This document shows, piece after piece, positions 20,608 through 31,911 of a stretch of 64,000 nucleotides of DNA; the stretch's first letter is position 1; the number at the start of each line of letters is the position of its first letter. A model generated the notes under the pieces. That model saw only the letters and a list, made by a program, of their open reading frames with translations. It did not search any database and had not been told where the DNA came from. The DNA comes from Gemmatales bacterium (lineage in GTDB: Bacteria > Planctomycetota > Planctomycetia > Gemmatales > HRBIN36), in the NCBI GenBank assembly GCA_041640595.1, contig JBEPZY010000002.1, positions 38,532 to 102,531 of the forward strand, in the 5' to 3' direction. Position numbers and translations under genes: made by a program.

Positions 20608-22152
20608 GACTTTTGCGATGGACGAACGCACATGCACAGGAGCGGGGGGCGTCAGCCCCCCGTGGTTCACGGCAACGCACGTGCAGCGGCGTGGCGCAAT
20701 TGTTCGCGGGACATCCGACCCACACACTGGCGAGCGCCAGCGCAGTTACGGTATCACCACACCCACGGCGGGCTGACGCCCGCCGCTCTTGCGTTGGGCG
20801 AATCGCTGCCTGCTGGTGCGTTGCGATTTCTTTTGCACGCGCGTTTTCCTAACCACGGCGGGCTCACGCCCGCCGCTCTTGTGTTGGAATGCGAACGTTT
20901 GCCGGCGAAATTGCGACTTTTGCGATGCACGAACGTACATGCATCAGGAGCGGGGGGCGTCAGCCTCCCGCGGTTCGCGGCAACGCACTTGCAAGGGCTT
21001 CGCGCCAATGTCGGTGCGATTGCCGACCGTGCATCAGCGGACTCCGATGCAGTCGCGGTGCTACATCCTCGACAACATCCACGGCAGGCTCACGCCCGCC
21101 GCTCTTGCGTCGGAATGCGAACGTTTGCCGGCGAAGTTGCGACTTTTGCGATGCACGAACGCACATGCACCAGGAGCGGGGGGCGTCAGCCCCCCGTGGC
21201 TCGCAGTAACGCACGTGCAGCGGCGTGGCGCAATTGTTCAGGAGACATCCGACCCACACACTGGCGAGCGCCAGCGCAGTTACGGTACCACATCCACTGC
21301 GGGCTGACGCGCGGCGCTCTTGCGTCGGAATGCGAACGTTTGCCGGCGAAATTGCGACTTTTGCGATGCACGAACGCGTGTGCACCAGGAGCGGGGGGCG
21401 TCAGCCCCCCGTGGTTCACGGCAACGCACGTGCAAGGGCTTCGCGTCACGGTCAGCGCGATTGCCGACCGTGCATCAGCGGACCCCGACGCAGTCGCGGT
21501 GCTACATCCTCGACAACATTCACGGCGGGCTGACGCGCGGCGCTCTTGGCTGGGCGAATCGCCGCCTGCTTGCGCATGGCGATTTCTTTTGCACGCGCGT
21601 TCTCCTAACCACGGCGGGCTGACGCCCGCCGCTCTTGCGTCGGAATGCGAACGTTTGCCGGCGAAATTGCCACTTTTGCGATGGACGAACGCATGTGCAC
21701 CAGGAGCGGGGGGCGTCAGCCCCCCGTGGTTCACGGTAACGCACGTGCAAGGGCGTTCGCGTCACGGTCAGCGCGACTGCCGACCGTGCATCAGCGAACT
21801 CCCACGCAGTCGCGGTGCTACATCCTCGACAACATTCCCGGCGGGCTCACGCCCGCCGCTCTTGTGTCGGAATGCGAACGTTTGCCGGCGAAATTGCGAC
21901 TTTTGCGATGGACGAACGCACGTGCACAGGAGCGGGGGGCGTCAGCCCCCCGTGGTTCACGGTAACGCACTTGCAAGGGCGTGGCGCAATTGTTCGGGGG
22001 ACATCCGACTGACGCGCTGTCGAGCGCCAGCGCAGTCACGGTACAGCCACACCCACGGCGGGCTCACGCCCGCCGCTCTTGTCTCCGGCGAATCGCCGCC
22101 TGCTTGTGCGTGGCGATTTCTTTTGCACGCGCGTTCTCGGAACCACGGCGGG
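20608..22152. repeat. REP/BIME-like mosaic array 3
   Basis: Same hairpin, same linker types and same orientation as array 2 (e.g. GCGTGGCGCAATTGTTC..GACATCCGACCCACACACTGGCGAGCGCCAGCGCAGTTACGGTA). Confidence 0.9.
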
Positions 22153-22413
22153 CCGAGATGCGGAGCTCGCGATGCAGTTCGTTCACGGTGGGTAGTCGCA
22201 GTGCTCTGCCAGCGTGATTGTCGCAAGCCTGCGGCAGACCGACGCGCGCTGCTTGTCTCGCAGGGATCGGGGCCTGCTTGTGCGTTGCGATTTCCCTTGC
22301 CGGTGCGTTCGTTTGAACCCGGTTCCGCAAACACGCTATTGTGTACCGCAGAAGTCGCCTTTTCTCCCGCGACCGAATGATGTGCACCAGGGCCGCGGTT
22401 TTCGGTCAACGGC

Positions 22414-23190
22414 TCAAGCGTCGCCCCGAACACTGAAGTCGCGCTCAAGCATCTCGAGATGGCGGTAATCGGTCAGGTCGAAATGCAACGGGGTAATAGT
22501 GATGTAGCCTTCGGCCAGGGCGGTGACATCCGTGTCGGGCGTGGTTTGTAATGGCACCAGTTCGGGCATGCTCCAGAAATAGACCCGTCCACGCGGATCG
22601 GTGCGGCGCTGGAATTGTTCACGGTAACGCACAATGCCCTGGGGAACGACGCGCACACCTTTGGGCGGCCCGGCATCGAGACTGGGAATGTTGATGTTGA
22701 ACAGCCGACCACTGCCACGATATTTCTCCAGCAGTTGCACGATCAGCCGCCTCGCCCATCGGGCCGCTTCGGCAAAGTCCAGGTGCACCGGATCGCGGTA
22801 TTCCAAAGAGACGGCAATGCTGGTGATGCCGAAGAATGCTCCCTCGATTGCCGCCGCGACTGTGCCTGAATACAGCACGTTGATGCCGACGTTGGAACCG
22901 GCATTGATGCCGCTGACGATCAGGTCGGGAGTTTCGTCGAGGAGTTCGACAAGGGCGAGTTTGACACAGTCGGCCGGTTTACCTTCCACCGCCCAGCCCA
23001 GCAGCGAACCATCCACATCGTGAACGGGCTGGACAATCAGCGGGGTCAGGAGCGTGATGGAATGGCCGACGGCACTCTGTTCCGTGGCCGGCGCCACGAC
23101 ACTCACTCGACCCAGACTCAACAACTCCTGGCGTAACGCTCGCAGGCCCGGTGCATAGATGCCGTCGTCGTTGGTCAGGAGAATCTGCAT
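22414..23190 (-). CDS. surE: 5'/3'-nucleotidase SurE
   Basis: MQILLTNDDGIYAPG, VVAPATEQSAVGHSIT, GKPADCV, SGINAGSNVG, YSGTVAAAIEG. Start moved to the conserved Met at 23190. Confidence 0.96.
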   Translation of the reverse strand: MQILLTNDDGIYAPGLRALRQELLSLGRVSVVAPATEQSAVGHSITLLTPLIVQPVHDVDGSLLGWAVEGKPADCVKLALVELLDETPDLIVSGINAGSNVGINVLYSGTVAAAIEGAFFGITSIAVSLEYRDPVHLDFAEAARWARRLIVQLLEKYRGSGRLFNINIPSLDAGPPKGVRVVPQGIVRYREQFQRRTDPRGRVYFWSMPELVPLQTTPDTDVTALAEGYITITPLHFDLTDYRHLEMLERDFSVRGDA

Positions 23191-23243
23191 GGTTGTCTCT
23201 GGTGATGAGGCCGGTGGTCGCAACCGTCGGGGCTGCGGCGTGG

Positions 23244-24074
23244 TCAGGGTTTGGGCTTGCGGGTATCGGGCGGCAATTGCAAATCCTGGGCGGTCACCTC
23301 ACACGGGGCACCTTCCGCGGGTACTTCCAGGTGGGCAGTCCACAGAATGCCGTTGACCAGCAGGCGTCGAAACGCTTTTTCGCCGAAATTGGCGTGGAAA
23401 TGTCCGAGCACACAACCGAAACTGCGTCCTCCGTTGTTGCGTTCATACACCCAGCCCACCACATGTTTTTGCCCGTCGAGTTCTACGGTGAGCACCGGGC
23501 GAATCTTCGGCGAAAACTTCAAGTGCAGGTAATACTCATCGCGGAGCTCGAACGGTTGCCAGCCACGGGCAATCGGATGCTGCGGGTCGGCCTGTTGCAA
23601 TTTGGTAGTGCGGATGGCAAGTTTGCTGAATTTGGTGTGGAACCAGCCCCCGAGAATTTCCAGCCAATCCTCGCCGACTTCCGGACTGGCACCGGTGCTC
23701 CAGTGGATAGCGGTCAGCCCGACGCCCTGGTTCAGCAGGCTTTCCACCTGTTTGCGTTGCGGGCCACGCAGCAACACGTCGCCACCGTTAGCCGTATAAA
23801 GCACCACTGCCCGCACGCCCTGCCACTGCGCTTCGTCTTTGGGCCAGCCGTTGGACACGGTGGCTCGCACACCGGGCGTCTGCTCCAAACATTTCGCCAG
23901 CACCTGGCAGTCGGTCATGTACTCATGCGTGCCGAACGGATGGTCGCGATCCTTGCCAATGAGCAGGATGCGCACGCCCGGCGAAGGTTTGTCCGCAGCG
24001 GGAAGATTCGCACCCAAGGTCAGCAGCCCGACCAGCAAAACCGCACAGCTTCCGAGGCACAGCCACCAGCGCAT
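23244..24074 (-). CDS. Secreted ThuA-like (class I glutamine amidotransferase-like) domain protein
   Basis: Signal peptide from MRWWLCLG; DHPFGTHEY; GLTAIHW; HPIARG..DEYY; GGRSF..LGH..LLVNGILW. Confidence 0.82.
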   Translation of the reverse strand: MRWWLCLGSCAVLLVGLLTLGANLPAADKPSPGVRILLIGKDRDHPFGTHEYMTDCQVLAKCLEQTPGVRATVSNGWPKDEAQWQGVRAVVLYTANGGDVLLRGPQRKQVESLLNQGVGLTAIHWSTGASPEVGEDWLEILGGWFHTKFSKLAIRTTKLQQADPQHPIARGWQPFELRDEYYLHLKFSPKIRPVLTVELDGQKHVVGWVYERNNGGRSFGCVLGHFHANFGEKAFRRLLVNGILWTAHLEVPAEGAPCEVTAQDLQLPPDTRKPKP

Positions 24075-24104
24075 AAGTTTCCCCCGATTGCTCCGATGCA
24101 AGAT

Positions 24105-24346
24105 CGGCGGACGTAGGCCCGCCGTGATCGTATGCGGCAAGTGTGTTCCCGCGCCGAATCGGCGTTCGAGATCGGCACTCGTCACTCCGCCGTGCTGCGA
24201 AAATGCCAGCGTGATCGCGCAAGTTTCCCACGGCTGGCTTACGCCAGCCGCTCCTGGTGCACACCATCATGCCCATTGCAAAAAGCGACATTTTCGATGC
24301 ACATCCGCACATGTACCAAGTTCGGCGGACGTAGGCCCGCCGTGCT
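24105..24346. repeat. Degenerate REP cluster
   Basis: CCACGGCTGGCTTACGCCAGCCGCTCCTG at about 24227-24255, plus CGGCGGACGTAGGCCCGCCGTG copies at about 24105 and 24323. Confidence 0.7.
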
Positions 24347-24365
24347 GCCGTGCGACATGGCATTT

Positions 24366-25301
24366 CTATAAAGCCGCTTTTTCCTGGCGAGCGCTATCCT
24401 CCCGCGAAGCCGGCACCAGACCGAGATTGCTCAGCAACTCGCGGGCACTTTCGACACGGTTCAGGCAATAGATATGCAGTCCCGGCACGCCATAGTCCAA
24501 CAGGCGCATGCACAACTCCGTGCACACTTCCACACCATAGCGGCGAACCGACTCGTCATCGCCGAGCTGATCGAGCCGGCGATTGATTTCTGCCGGCAGT
24601 TTTGCTCCACACATCTGCGTAAAGCGGCGGATCTGCTCTTTGCTCAAAAACGGCAGAATTCCCGGCACCAGCGGCACGTTCACGCCACGTTTCTGGCGGA
24701 GGTACTCGACGCACTCGATAAAATCCTCGGCTACATAAAAGAGCTGGGAAATCAGGAATTCCGCTCCTGCTTCGACTTTCAAAGCCGCGTAGTCCCAATC
24801 GCGGTATTTGTCAGGGGCTTCCTGATGACCTTCGGGATAAAAGGCTGCACCGATGCTGAAGGAATACCGGCTGCGGATAAAGCGAATGAGATCGGTAGCG
24901 TGTGCGAAACCGTCGGGTTCGGCGATAAATTGCGTTTGTCCCCGGGGCGGATCCCCGCGCAACGCCAGAATATTCTCCAGGCCAAGGGTCTGGGCTTCGT
25001 CGAGCACTGCGGCGATGGTTTGCCGACTCTGACCCGTACAGGTGAGATGAGCCATGCTGGTCACGCCGAACTGCTGTTGAATGCGACTGGCAATGCGAAG
25101 GGTACGTTCGCGGGTGCCTCCACCGGCACCGTAAGTAACGGAAAAAAACGACGGCCCTAACGCCAGCAATTGCGGCAGGGTCTGGCGGAAAAGGAGAGCT
25201 TCGGCATCATCGGACTTGGGTGGGAACAATTCCAGCGAAATGACCAGATCGCGGCGGTTCACAACCGCTTGCGCTTGCCGATACAGTTGTGCAATCCGCA
25301 A
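24366..25301 (-). CDS. metF: 5,10-methylenetetrahydrofolate reductase
   Basis: SLELFPPK, SVTYGAGG, AHLTC, ILALRGDPP, FYPEGH, KVEAGAEFLISQLF, GLHIYCLN. Start is uncertain: TTG 25301 after GGAG, but the ORF extends to 25343. Confidence 0.93.
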   Translation of the reverse strand: MRIAQLYRQAQAVVNRRDLVISLELFPPKSDDAEALLFRQTLPQLLALGPSFFSVTYGAGGGTRERTLRIASRIQQQFGVTSMAHLTCTGQSRQTIAAVLDEAQTLGLENILALRGDPPRGQTQFIAEPDGFAHATDLIRFIRSRYSFSIGAAFYPEGHQEAPDKYRDWDYAALKVEAGAEFLISQLFYVAEDFIECVEYLRQKRGVNVPLVPGILPFLSKEQIRRFTQMCGAKLPAEINRRLDQLGDDESVRRYGVEVCTELCMRLLDYGVPGLHIYCLNRVESARELLSNLGLVPASREDSARQEKAAL

Positions 25302-25369
25302 TGCCTCCGCTCCCGTTCTTGGACCAGCTGACCGGGCCGGCAATTAACGACGCAGCCAGGTCAATCGCC

Positions 25370-27136
25370 TTATGCCTTGATTATATCGCGGACGGTCATG
25401 CCGCTGGGAATCATCGGCAAAACGTGTTCCTGATACGGTACCAGGACGTCGAGGACGAAGGGGAGTTTGGCGTCGAGCATTTCCCGCAGGGCATCATCGA
25501 GATCGGCCTTCTGCGTCACCTGCCGGGCAGCGCAGCGGAAACTTCTGGCCATCTGGACGAAATCGGGGTATGGCCCTTCGTCGGGGCCGGCCCCCAGGTA
25601 AGTGTGAGCGCGATTGCTGGCGTAGAAACGATCTTCCCACTGCACCACCATGCCCAGGTGCTGGTTATTGAGCAGCAGCACCTTGACGGGCAGCTTTTCG
25701 CAATAAGCACAGGCCAGCTCCTGCACGTTCATCAGGAAACTGCCGTCGCCATCAATGTCAATGGCGATTTTGTCCGGATGCGCAGCCAGTGCACCGATGG
25801 CGGCAGGTAAACCGAACCCCATGGCTCCCAGTCCGCCCGAAGTAAACCAGTGCCGCGGACGGGTGAATTTGAAATACTGAGCCGCCCACATCTGATGCTG
25901 ACCAACTCCCGTCGTGACGATGGTTCGATCCAGCCAGCCGCGTTCGTGGAGAATGTGCCACAACCGCTCGATGCAGTATTGCGGCATAATCGCATCGTCG
26001 CGGTCTTTGTAACGCAAAGGCTCGGTTTCTCGCCAGTAGTCAATCTGCCGGTACCAGTCGCGGTATTTCTGCTCCGGGGTCTCGCCCGGATACAGATGCA
26101 ATCCCTGGTCCACGAGCTTGAGGAGTTCCTGCAAGGCGTACTTGACATCGCTGCAGATGGGCAAAGTGGCAGGCTTGCATTTGTTGAGTTCGGCGGGGTC
26201 AATGTCAATGTGGACAATGCGGCCATGTTTGGCGAATTCGCTTACCTTGCCGGTCACCCGGTCGTCGAAACGCACGCCGAGGGCCAGCAGCAGATCGGCC
26301 TCGTTGATGGCGTAATTGGCATAGACAGTACCGTGCATTCCCAGCATTTGCAGGCACTGGTAATGCGTGCTGGGAAAGGCACTCAGCCCCATCAACGTCA
26401 ACGCCACGGGAATGCGCGTCTTCTCGGCAAACTGGCGCAGCTCTTCAGCGGCGTTGCCGGAAATGATACCGCCACCGGCGTAGATGATCGGTTTCCGGCT
26501 GTCGCGCAAAAGCTCCATTACCTGTCGCAATTCTTCGGGCTTTGCTTTGCGAAACGGTTTGTAGCCGGGCAGATTCATCGGCGGGTCCCAATCCGGCACC
26601 ACCTGGCGATTTTGCACGTCTTTGGGAACATCAATAATCACCGGCCCGGGCCGACCCGTGGTGGCGATGTAAAACGCTTCCTTCATGATCCGCGTAATGT
26701 CTTCAGTGCGGGTGATCAGGTAGTGGTGCTTGGTGATGGCGCGGCAGATTTCGATGGTGGGCGTCTCCTGAAACGCGTCGGTGCCGATGACCGGCGTGCT
26801 CACCTGACCGGTAATGGCGATGAGGGGCACGGAGTCCATTTTGGCGTCGGCCAGACAGGTAACGAAATTGGTCGCCCCGGGGCCGCTGGTGGCGATGCAA
26901 ACTCCGGGTCGGCCGGTGCTGCGGGCATAACCGCTGGCCATGAACCCGCCGCCCTGCTCATGGCGAGGCAAAATGGTGCGGATTTTGTCGGCGACACGGG
27001 TCAGCGCCTGGTGGATGGGCATGCTCGCCCCGCCCGGATAGGCAAAGACCACCTGCACACCGTGCCGCACCAGACATTGCACCAGAATATCCGCGCCCGA
27101 TAACGGCGCCGTTCCCGTCAGCAATGGTTGTTTCAC
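25370..27136 (-). CDS. ilvB: Acetolactate synthase large subunit, biosynthetic type
   Basis: [70 protein letters not shown]. Confidence 0.96.
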   Translation of the reverse strand: MKQPLLTGTAPLSGADILVQCLVRHGVQVVFAYPGGASMPIHQALTRVADKIRTILPRHEQGGGFMASGYARSTGRPGVCIATSGPGATNFVTCLADAKMDSVPLIAITGQVSTPVIGTDAFQETPTIEICRAITKHHYLITRTEDITRIMKEAFYIATTGRPGPVIIDVPKDVQNRQVVPDWDPPMNLPGYKPFRKAKPEELRQVMELLRDSRKPIIYAGGGIISGNAAEELRQFAEKTRIPVALTLMGLSAFPSTHYQCLQMLGMHGTVYANYAINEADLLLALGVRFDDRVTGKVSEFAKHGRIVHIDIDPAELNKCKPATLPICSDVKYALQELLKLVDQGLHLYPGETPEQKYRDWYRQIDYWRETEPLRYKDRDDAIMPQYCIERLWHILHERGWLDRTIVTTGVGQHQMWAAQYFKFTRPRHWFTSGGLGAMGFGLPAAIGALAAHPDKIAIDIDGDGSFLMNVQELACAYCEKLPVKVLLLNNQHLGMVVQWEDRFYASNRAHTYLGAGPDEGPYPDFVQMARSFRCAARQVTQKADLDDALREMLDAKLPFVLDVLVPYQEHVLPMIPSGMTVRDIIKA

Positions 27137-27510
27137 AGCCTGCTCCCATCTCGTCGTGATTGAAAAGCAACCTCGGTTCTGGGCAGGTTACCGCCAATTG
27201 TATTTTTATATGCACCGTGGCGAGGCAAAAGCCAGGTGCTGCCTTCACAATCGCACCATGATCGCGTGTTTCCAGGCAAGCGCGGCCCGAACAGACTGAA
27301 TTAATCGCTATTCCCGGCAGCCAGTACACCGGCAGAACGTCTGGCCATACGCACACCGTCGCGCAAGCAGGCCCGCAACCCACTCGCCCGCAGCACCGAC
27401 CCCCAGAGTCCCGCAAACGTTTCCCGAGCATATCGCATTTCAACTCAGCGCGCGGGTGGGGATGGAGCTCGGCACATCGGCCAGGCCGAAAGACAACCGA
27501 ACATGCCGTC

Positions 27511-29424
27511 CTAAGGCTTGACGGGGATCGGCACGGGTTTGGCCATCAGTCCGCCCAGCAATTGCTGCAGAACGACCTGCAAGGCATTTCCGAGGGCCGG
27601 ATAACTCGCCTCCAGACGAATAGTCGCGGTCCCTGTTTCGTCGCTACGGATTTGCAGGCTCTTTTCGACATCCTTGACCAGATCGGGAGCCAGGGCAGCG
27701 AACTGGACCAGTGCCGGTTTTAGTCCTTGCTCGTAGGCTTCCCGAGCTATGCTCTCCAGTTGTTTCGCAGCATTGGCATCGCCTAACCCGACCTGCAATT
27801 GCAAGGCCATGCTTTGCGGCAAGAACTCGATTTTGGCAAACGCCACGTGAATCTTCTCCAGCACAGTTGCGATCTTCTGCATTTCCGGAGGCAACGGGGC
27901 ACTGGCTAAGGCGGCTTTCAGGTCTATGTTGCGTGCCAGCACAGCCAGTTGCGCATTGCCAACCGCCTGGGCGAGCGGTTCCCAATCCTTGGACAAGCCT
28001 TCGCTCGACGGAGAACCAAGGCCAGGTACGGATTTAACGGCTTCCGGCGCACCGGTTAGGAGAACATCGGCCGCCGGCCAGGTCACAAACGCCTGCTGTC
28101 CCTGAACGGTGCCGAAGTAAACGGTCTGCTCGCCAATTTTTTCCTCGCGCCAGTCGGTCGAGGTTCGTTTGAGCTCCTGAAGGACCTTTTCGCGGTCCAC
28201 AGGGCGATGGAACCGCACACCGACCACCATCGTCGGCAACACTTCCTTCTCGTTCAACGAGTTCGGCACCCTGGTCCAATCTAATCGCAGGCTAATCATC
28301 ACTTCTGCTATGTCTGTCGGGGCGATCGCAGGAGGAAGCTGGCCTGTTTGCTTTTGCACTTCGGGCCGGCGAAGGAATTGTTGTACAAGTGGATGCTGAG
28401 TAAACTCCGCCGGGTTCAGGCAAACAACCACGTTCGCATCGGCCGGGACATAACGCCAGCACTGCATTGCCGCGACCGGTCGCGCAGGCGCTTCCTGGAA
28501 AATCTTTCCCAACTGTTCCACGATTCCCTGTTCCGGAGACGCCGCCGGGCCCGACGGGGTTTGCCCTGGTGAAGTATTCGTGCCGATCGGCTGTGGCCTG
28601 GATGGAATACCCGACGCATCGGGCGATGTGGATGATGTTGATGGAGAAGGCTCCGAGTTGGCGTTCGGCCCGGGCTTTCCACTGGCGACCTGCGGTGCGG
28701 TCTGCCCAACCTGGGAAACGCCGCCCAAACCGATGGCTTGCAAGACTGGGTCAAGCCAGCCCAGATACCAGGCGGTTGCCACGCCGCCCGCCAGCAGCAA
28801 GAGCAACACCACCAAAATCAGCCACACCCACCACCGCGACTTCTGCGCCGCGGGTTCCTGGCCGAAGTCAATTTCCTCCGGCTCGGTCGCCTCGACGTAA
28901 GGCTCTTCGCCGACTTCTTCCGGGACCTCGGCAGCTTCGGATACCGGTTCGCCAGCTTCCACCACTTCGCCGCCAGTTTGGGCCACCTCTCCGGAAAACA
29001 CATCGCCCGCTTCCTCTTCGGACCATTGCACCGTAGGCTTTTCCTCAGGGGCGGGCGGAGGGGATGCCGACTGCGCAAGCTCCTGTTCCCAGGGTTCTGG
29101 CTCAGGCACCGCCTTTGGGGTTGGTTCAGGAGGTGACGTGCTCGGAGGTGGTTGAGACTGAGCCTGGGTGGGCGTAGGTTCGGGACCGAGGATGTCTTCC
29201 ATCCCCACCAGTTTCACCCGCGGCGATTCAGCACCGACTCCCGAAGTAATGTCCGGCCCACCGGTCATGGTTCCCCCGGGCGAACTCGACGAACGCAACA
29301 GATGGGCAGGCACAGGGAAAATCGTTTCGCACTTCGGGCACAGAATGCGTTTGTCCGAGGTAAGTTCCGCGGAGGTTTTCAGAGGTGCCCCGCAGTGCAC
29401 GCAATTGAACCGCGTAATCGGCAT
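27511..29424 (-). CDS. Single-pass membrane protein with N-terminal Zn-ribbon, Pro/Glu-rich linker and extracytoplasmic domain
   Basis: From MPITRFNCVHCG...CPKCETIF (CxxC-x17-CxxC); long acidic/Pro-rich region; TM segment WWVWLILVVLLLLLAGGVATAWYL. Confidence 0.78.
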   Translation of the reverse strand: MPITRFNCVHCGAPLKTSAELTSDKRILCPKCETIFPVPAHLLRSSSSPGGTMTGGPDITSGVGAESPRVKLVGMEDILGPEPTPTQAQSQPPPSTSPPEPTPKAVPEPEPWEQELAQSASPPPAPEEKPTVQWSEEEAGDVFSGEVAQTGGEVVEAGEPVSEAAEVPEEVGEEPYVEATEPEEIDFGQEPAAQKSRWWVWLILVVLLLLLAGGVATAWYLGWLDPVLQAIGLGGVSQVGQTAPQVASGKPGPNANSEPSPSTSSTSPDASGIPSRPQPIGTNTSPGQTPSGPAASPEQGIVEQLGKIFQEAPARPVAAMQCWRYVPADANVVVCLNPAEFTQHPLVQQFLRRPEVQKQTGQLPPAIAPTDIAEVMISLRLDWTRVPNSLNEKEVLPTMVVGVRFHRPVDREKVLQELKRTSTDWREEKIGEQTVYFGTVQGQQAFVTWPAADVLLTGAPEAVKSVPGLGSPSSEGLSKDWEPLAQAVGNAQLAVLARNIDLKAALASAPLPPEMQKIATVLEKIHVAFAKIEFLPQSMALQLQVGLGDANAAKQLESIAREAYEQGLKPALVQFAALAPDLVKDVEKSLQIRSDETGTATIRLEASYPALGNALQVVLQQLLGGLMAKPVPIPVKP

Positions 29425-29774
29425 GACTTCTCTCCCGCTGCTACACCCTGGGTCTGGCTGAAAGTCCGCCCAATCGGCTCGGCAAGAGGAATGATTCCAG
29501 TCTGCCTGAAGCGGTCTCGGCCGCGCCTGCAAAGATACCGACCCTCTTCGCCTTGCATTCAGTCTAGCCCTGCCTGCCGGGCAATGCAAGCAGTCGGGCC
29601 AACCGCTTGCCTGACGGCGTGGCCGGGGTTCACCGATTTTTCGCAATTGCTTCACAATCCAACCTGCCAGCGGCTCATAAAATCTCCTGGCCAGAACCGA
29701 CCACGCCCCACAGAGCAAATGCATCTGTGCCGGGCTTGACCGACACCGATACGCTCGAAACAGGAAATCCTTTC

Positions 29775-30737
29775 ATGAACATGGCTCGCAGCAAACGAAT
29801 CATTGCCCTGGCCATCACCTTAGCCGCGACCCTGCTGGTCTCGTGCCGATCACAGGCACCCCAGGAACCCGGGCAGGAAGAACTCTCAGGCGAAATCAAA
29901 ATTGACGGTTCCAGCACCGTTTACCTCATCACCGAAAAAATGGCGGCCGCGTTTCGCTCCCTGCACCCCAACGTGAAAATCTCCATCGGTGTATCCGGAA
30001 CCGGCGGCGGATTTAAAAAATTCGCTAACAACGAAACCGACATCAGCGACGCCTCGCGGCCGATCCGCGCTGCCGAAGCGGAAGCCTGTCGAAAGAACGG
30101 CATCGAGTATCTGGAACTGAAGGTCGGCATAGACGGGCTGGCCGTGATTATCCACCCTGAAAACACCTGGGCCCGGAAACTGACGGTGGAGCAGTTGCAC
30201 CACATCTGGCGACCGAACAATCCCGCTCAGCGATGGAAAGACCTCGACCCGAACTGGCCCGATAAGAAAATCGAGCTTTTTGGCGCAGGCACGGATTCCG
30301 GCACCTTCGATTATTTCACCGAGGTCATCAACGGCAAGGAAAAAGTCAGCCGACCCGATTACACCGCCACCGAAGATGATAACGTCACGATCAACGGCGT
30401 GGCCAGGAGCAAGTATGCTCTGGGTTATCTGGGCGTGGCCTATTACGAAGAAAACAAAGACAAAGTCGCCGTCGCAGCCATCCGCGACCGCAACTCGGAA
30501 GAGTACGTTTTGCCGACCCCCGAAAACGTCCTCAGCGGCAAATATCGCCCCCTGAGCCGGCCCCTATTTATTTACGTGAAACTGGCCTCGCTGAAACGGC
30601 CGGAAGTGCAGGAATTCGTCCGCTTTTACTTACGCCGATCCGATCTGGTGCGGCAGAGCGGCTACATCGAATTGCCTCTCGCCGAGCAACTGGAACAACA
30701 GAAAAAGTTCGAAAGCGTGCTGGAACAATTGCGCTAA
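29775..30737 (+). CDS. pstS: Phosphate ABC transporter substrate-binding lipoprotein
   Basis: Lipobox LLVSC; IDGSSTV, SGTGGGFKKF, DASRPI, DSGTFDYF, EDDNV, PLSRPLFIYV. Confidence 0.93.
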   Translation: MNMARSKRIIALAITLAATLLVSCRSQAPQEPGQEELSGEIKIDGSSTVYLITEKMAAAFRSLHPNVKISIGVSGTGGGFKKFANNETDISDASRPIRAAEAEACRKNGIEYLELKVGIDGLAVIIHPENTWARKLTVEQLHHIWRPNNPAQRWKDLDPNWPDKKIELFGAGTDSGTFDYFTEVINGKEKVSRPDYTATEDDNVTINGVARSKYALGYLGVAYYEENKDKVAVAAIRDRNSEEYVLPTPENVLSGKYRPLSRPLFIYVKLASLKRPEVQEFVRFYLRRSDLVRQSGYIELPLAEQLEQQKKFESVLEQLR

Positions 30738-30815
30738 ATCGCCGAAGCGCGATCCTGGTTGCAGTACGCCCAACACTACCACAATGCTCTAACAATTGCG
30801 CTAAATCGCCGAAGC
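30724..30815. repeat. Exact 25-bp direct repeat spanning the pstS stop codon
   Basis: AACAATTGCGCTAAATCGCCGAAGC at 30724-30748 and 30791-30815. Confidence 0.9.
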
Positions 30816-30851
30816 CACGTTCGCTAACGCAGTCGCAACAACACTCACTTT

Positions 30852-31850
30852 CCACGGTCGGCTTACGCCAGCCGCTCCTGGTTCGGATGTGCCGATGCGT
30901 TTGCACAGTAACGCTTGTGTTCCGCCTGTTCGTTCTGCCTTGCACGATGGCTAACCACGGGGGGCTTACCCCCCCGCTCTAGCGTTGCGGTGCGGACGTC
31001 TGCCGGCGAAAAAAACGATTTTTGCGATATGCGAACGCACATTCACAAGAGCGGCGGGCGTCAGCCCGCCGTGGTACCGAAAAACGCATGTGCAACGGCG
31101 ATCATCTATGGCCGGGTGATTGCGTTTCTCGCGCATGACCGACACCGGCACCACGGTCGACTCACGCCAGCCGCTCCTGGTTCGGATGTGCCGATGCGTT
31201 TGCACAGTAACGCTTGTGTTCCGCCTGTTCGTTCTGCCTTGCACGATGGCTAACCACGGGGGGCTTACGCCCCCCGCTCTTGTGTTGGTGTGCGAACGTC
31301 TGCCGGCGAAACAACGATTTTTGCGATATGCGAACGCACATTCACAAGAGCGGCGGGCGTCAGCCCGCCGTGGTGAGGGCAACGTTCTGGCACAGGAAAA
31401 CGAATGCGTCGTGCGTGGCGAGCGTCAGGATCAAGAGCGGCGGGCGTCAGCCCACCGTGGGTGGGAAAATGCGCATCGGCAGACACGAGCGCCGTTCGTC
31501 GGCAGACCGGCGACGGTGTTGTGGATCGCCGTTGCGGTCGCGGGCATCGGGGCCACGGGGCTAACGTAGCGCCAGAATCGTTCATGGGCCATACGGCTCC
31601 GGATTACAATCGCGTGCATTGGCGCCACGGGGGGCTTACGCCCCCCGCTCTTGCGTTGGTGTGCGAACGTCTGCCGGCGAAACAACGATTTTTGCGATAT
31701 GCGAACGCACATTCACAAGAGCGGCGGGCGTCAGCCCGCCGTGGTACCGAAAAACGCATGTGCAACGGCGATCGTCAATGGCCGGGTGATTGCGTTTCTC
31801 GCGGATGACCGACACCGGCACCACGGTCGGCTTACGCCAACCGCTCCTGG
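30852..31850. repeat. REP/BIME-like mosaic array 4
   Basis: Same hairpin family; REP pairs joined by the conserved GCGAACGTCTGCCGGCGAAA..GATTTTTGCGATATGCGAACGCACATT linker; contains internal block duplications. Confidence 0.9.
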
Positions 31851-31911
31851 TTGCACGCGTGCATATCGTCGCAAATGCAGGGTGGCGATTTGCAACGGCC
31901 TCCGGCCAGGC

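Noticed and set aside
20539..22380. 613-aa ORF and the many other ORFs inside REP arrays (HGGLTPAAL / TAGSRPPL / QERRASAR peptides)
   Set aside because: These are translations of GC-rich palindromic repeats that are open in several frames on both strands, with no RBS or domain signal.
25850..27103. Long antisense ORFs opposite ilvB, glgP and other genes
   Set aside because: Typical shadow ORFs of high-GC coding sequence, overlapping well-supported genes on the other strand.
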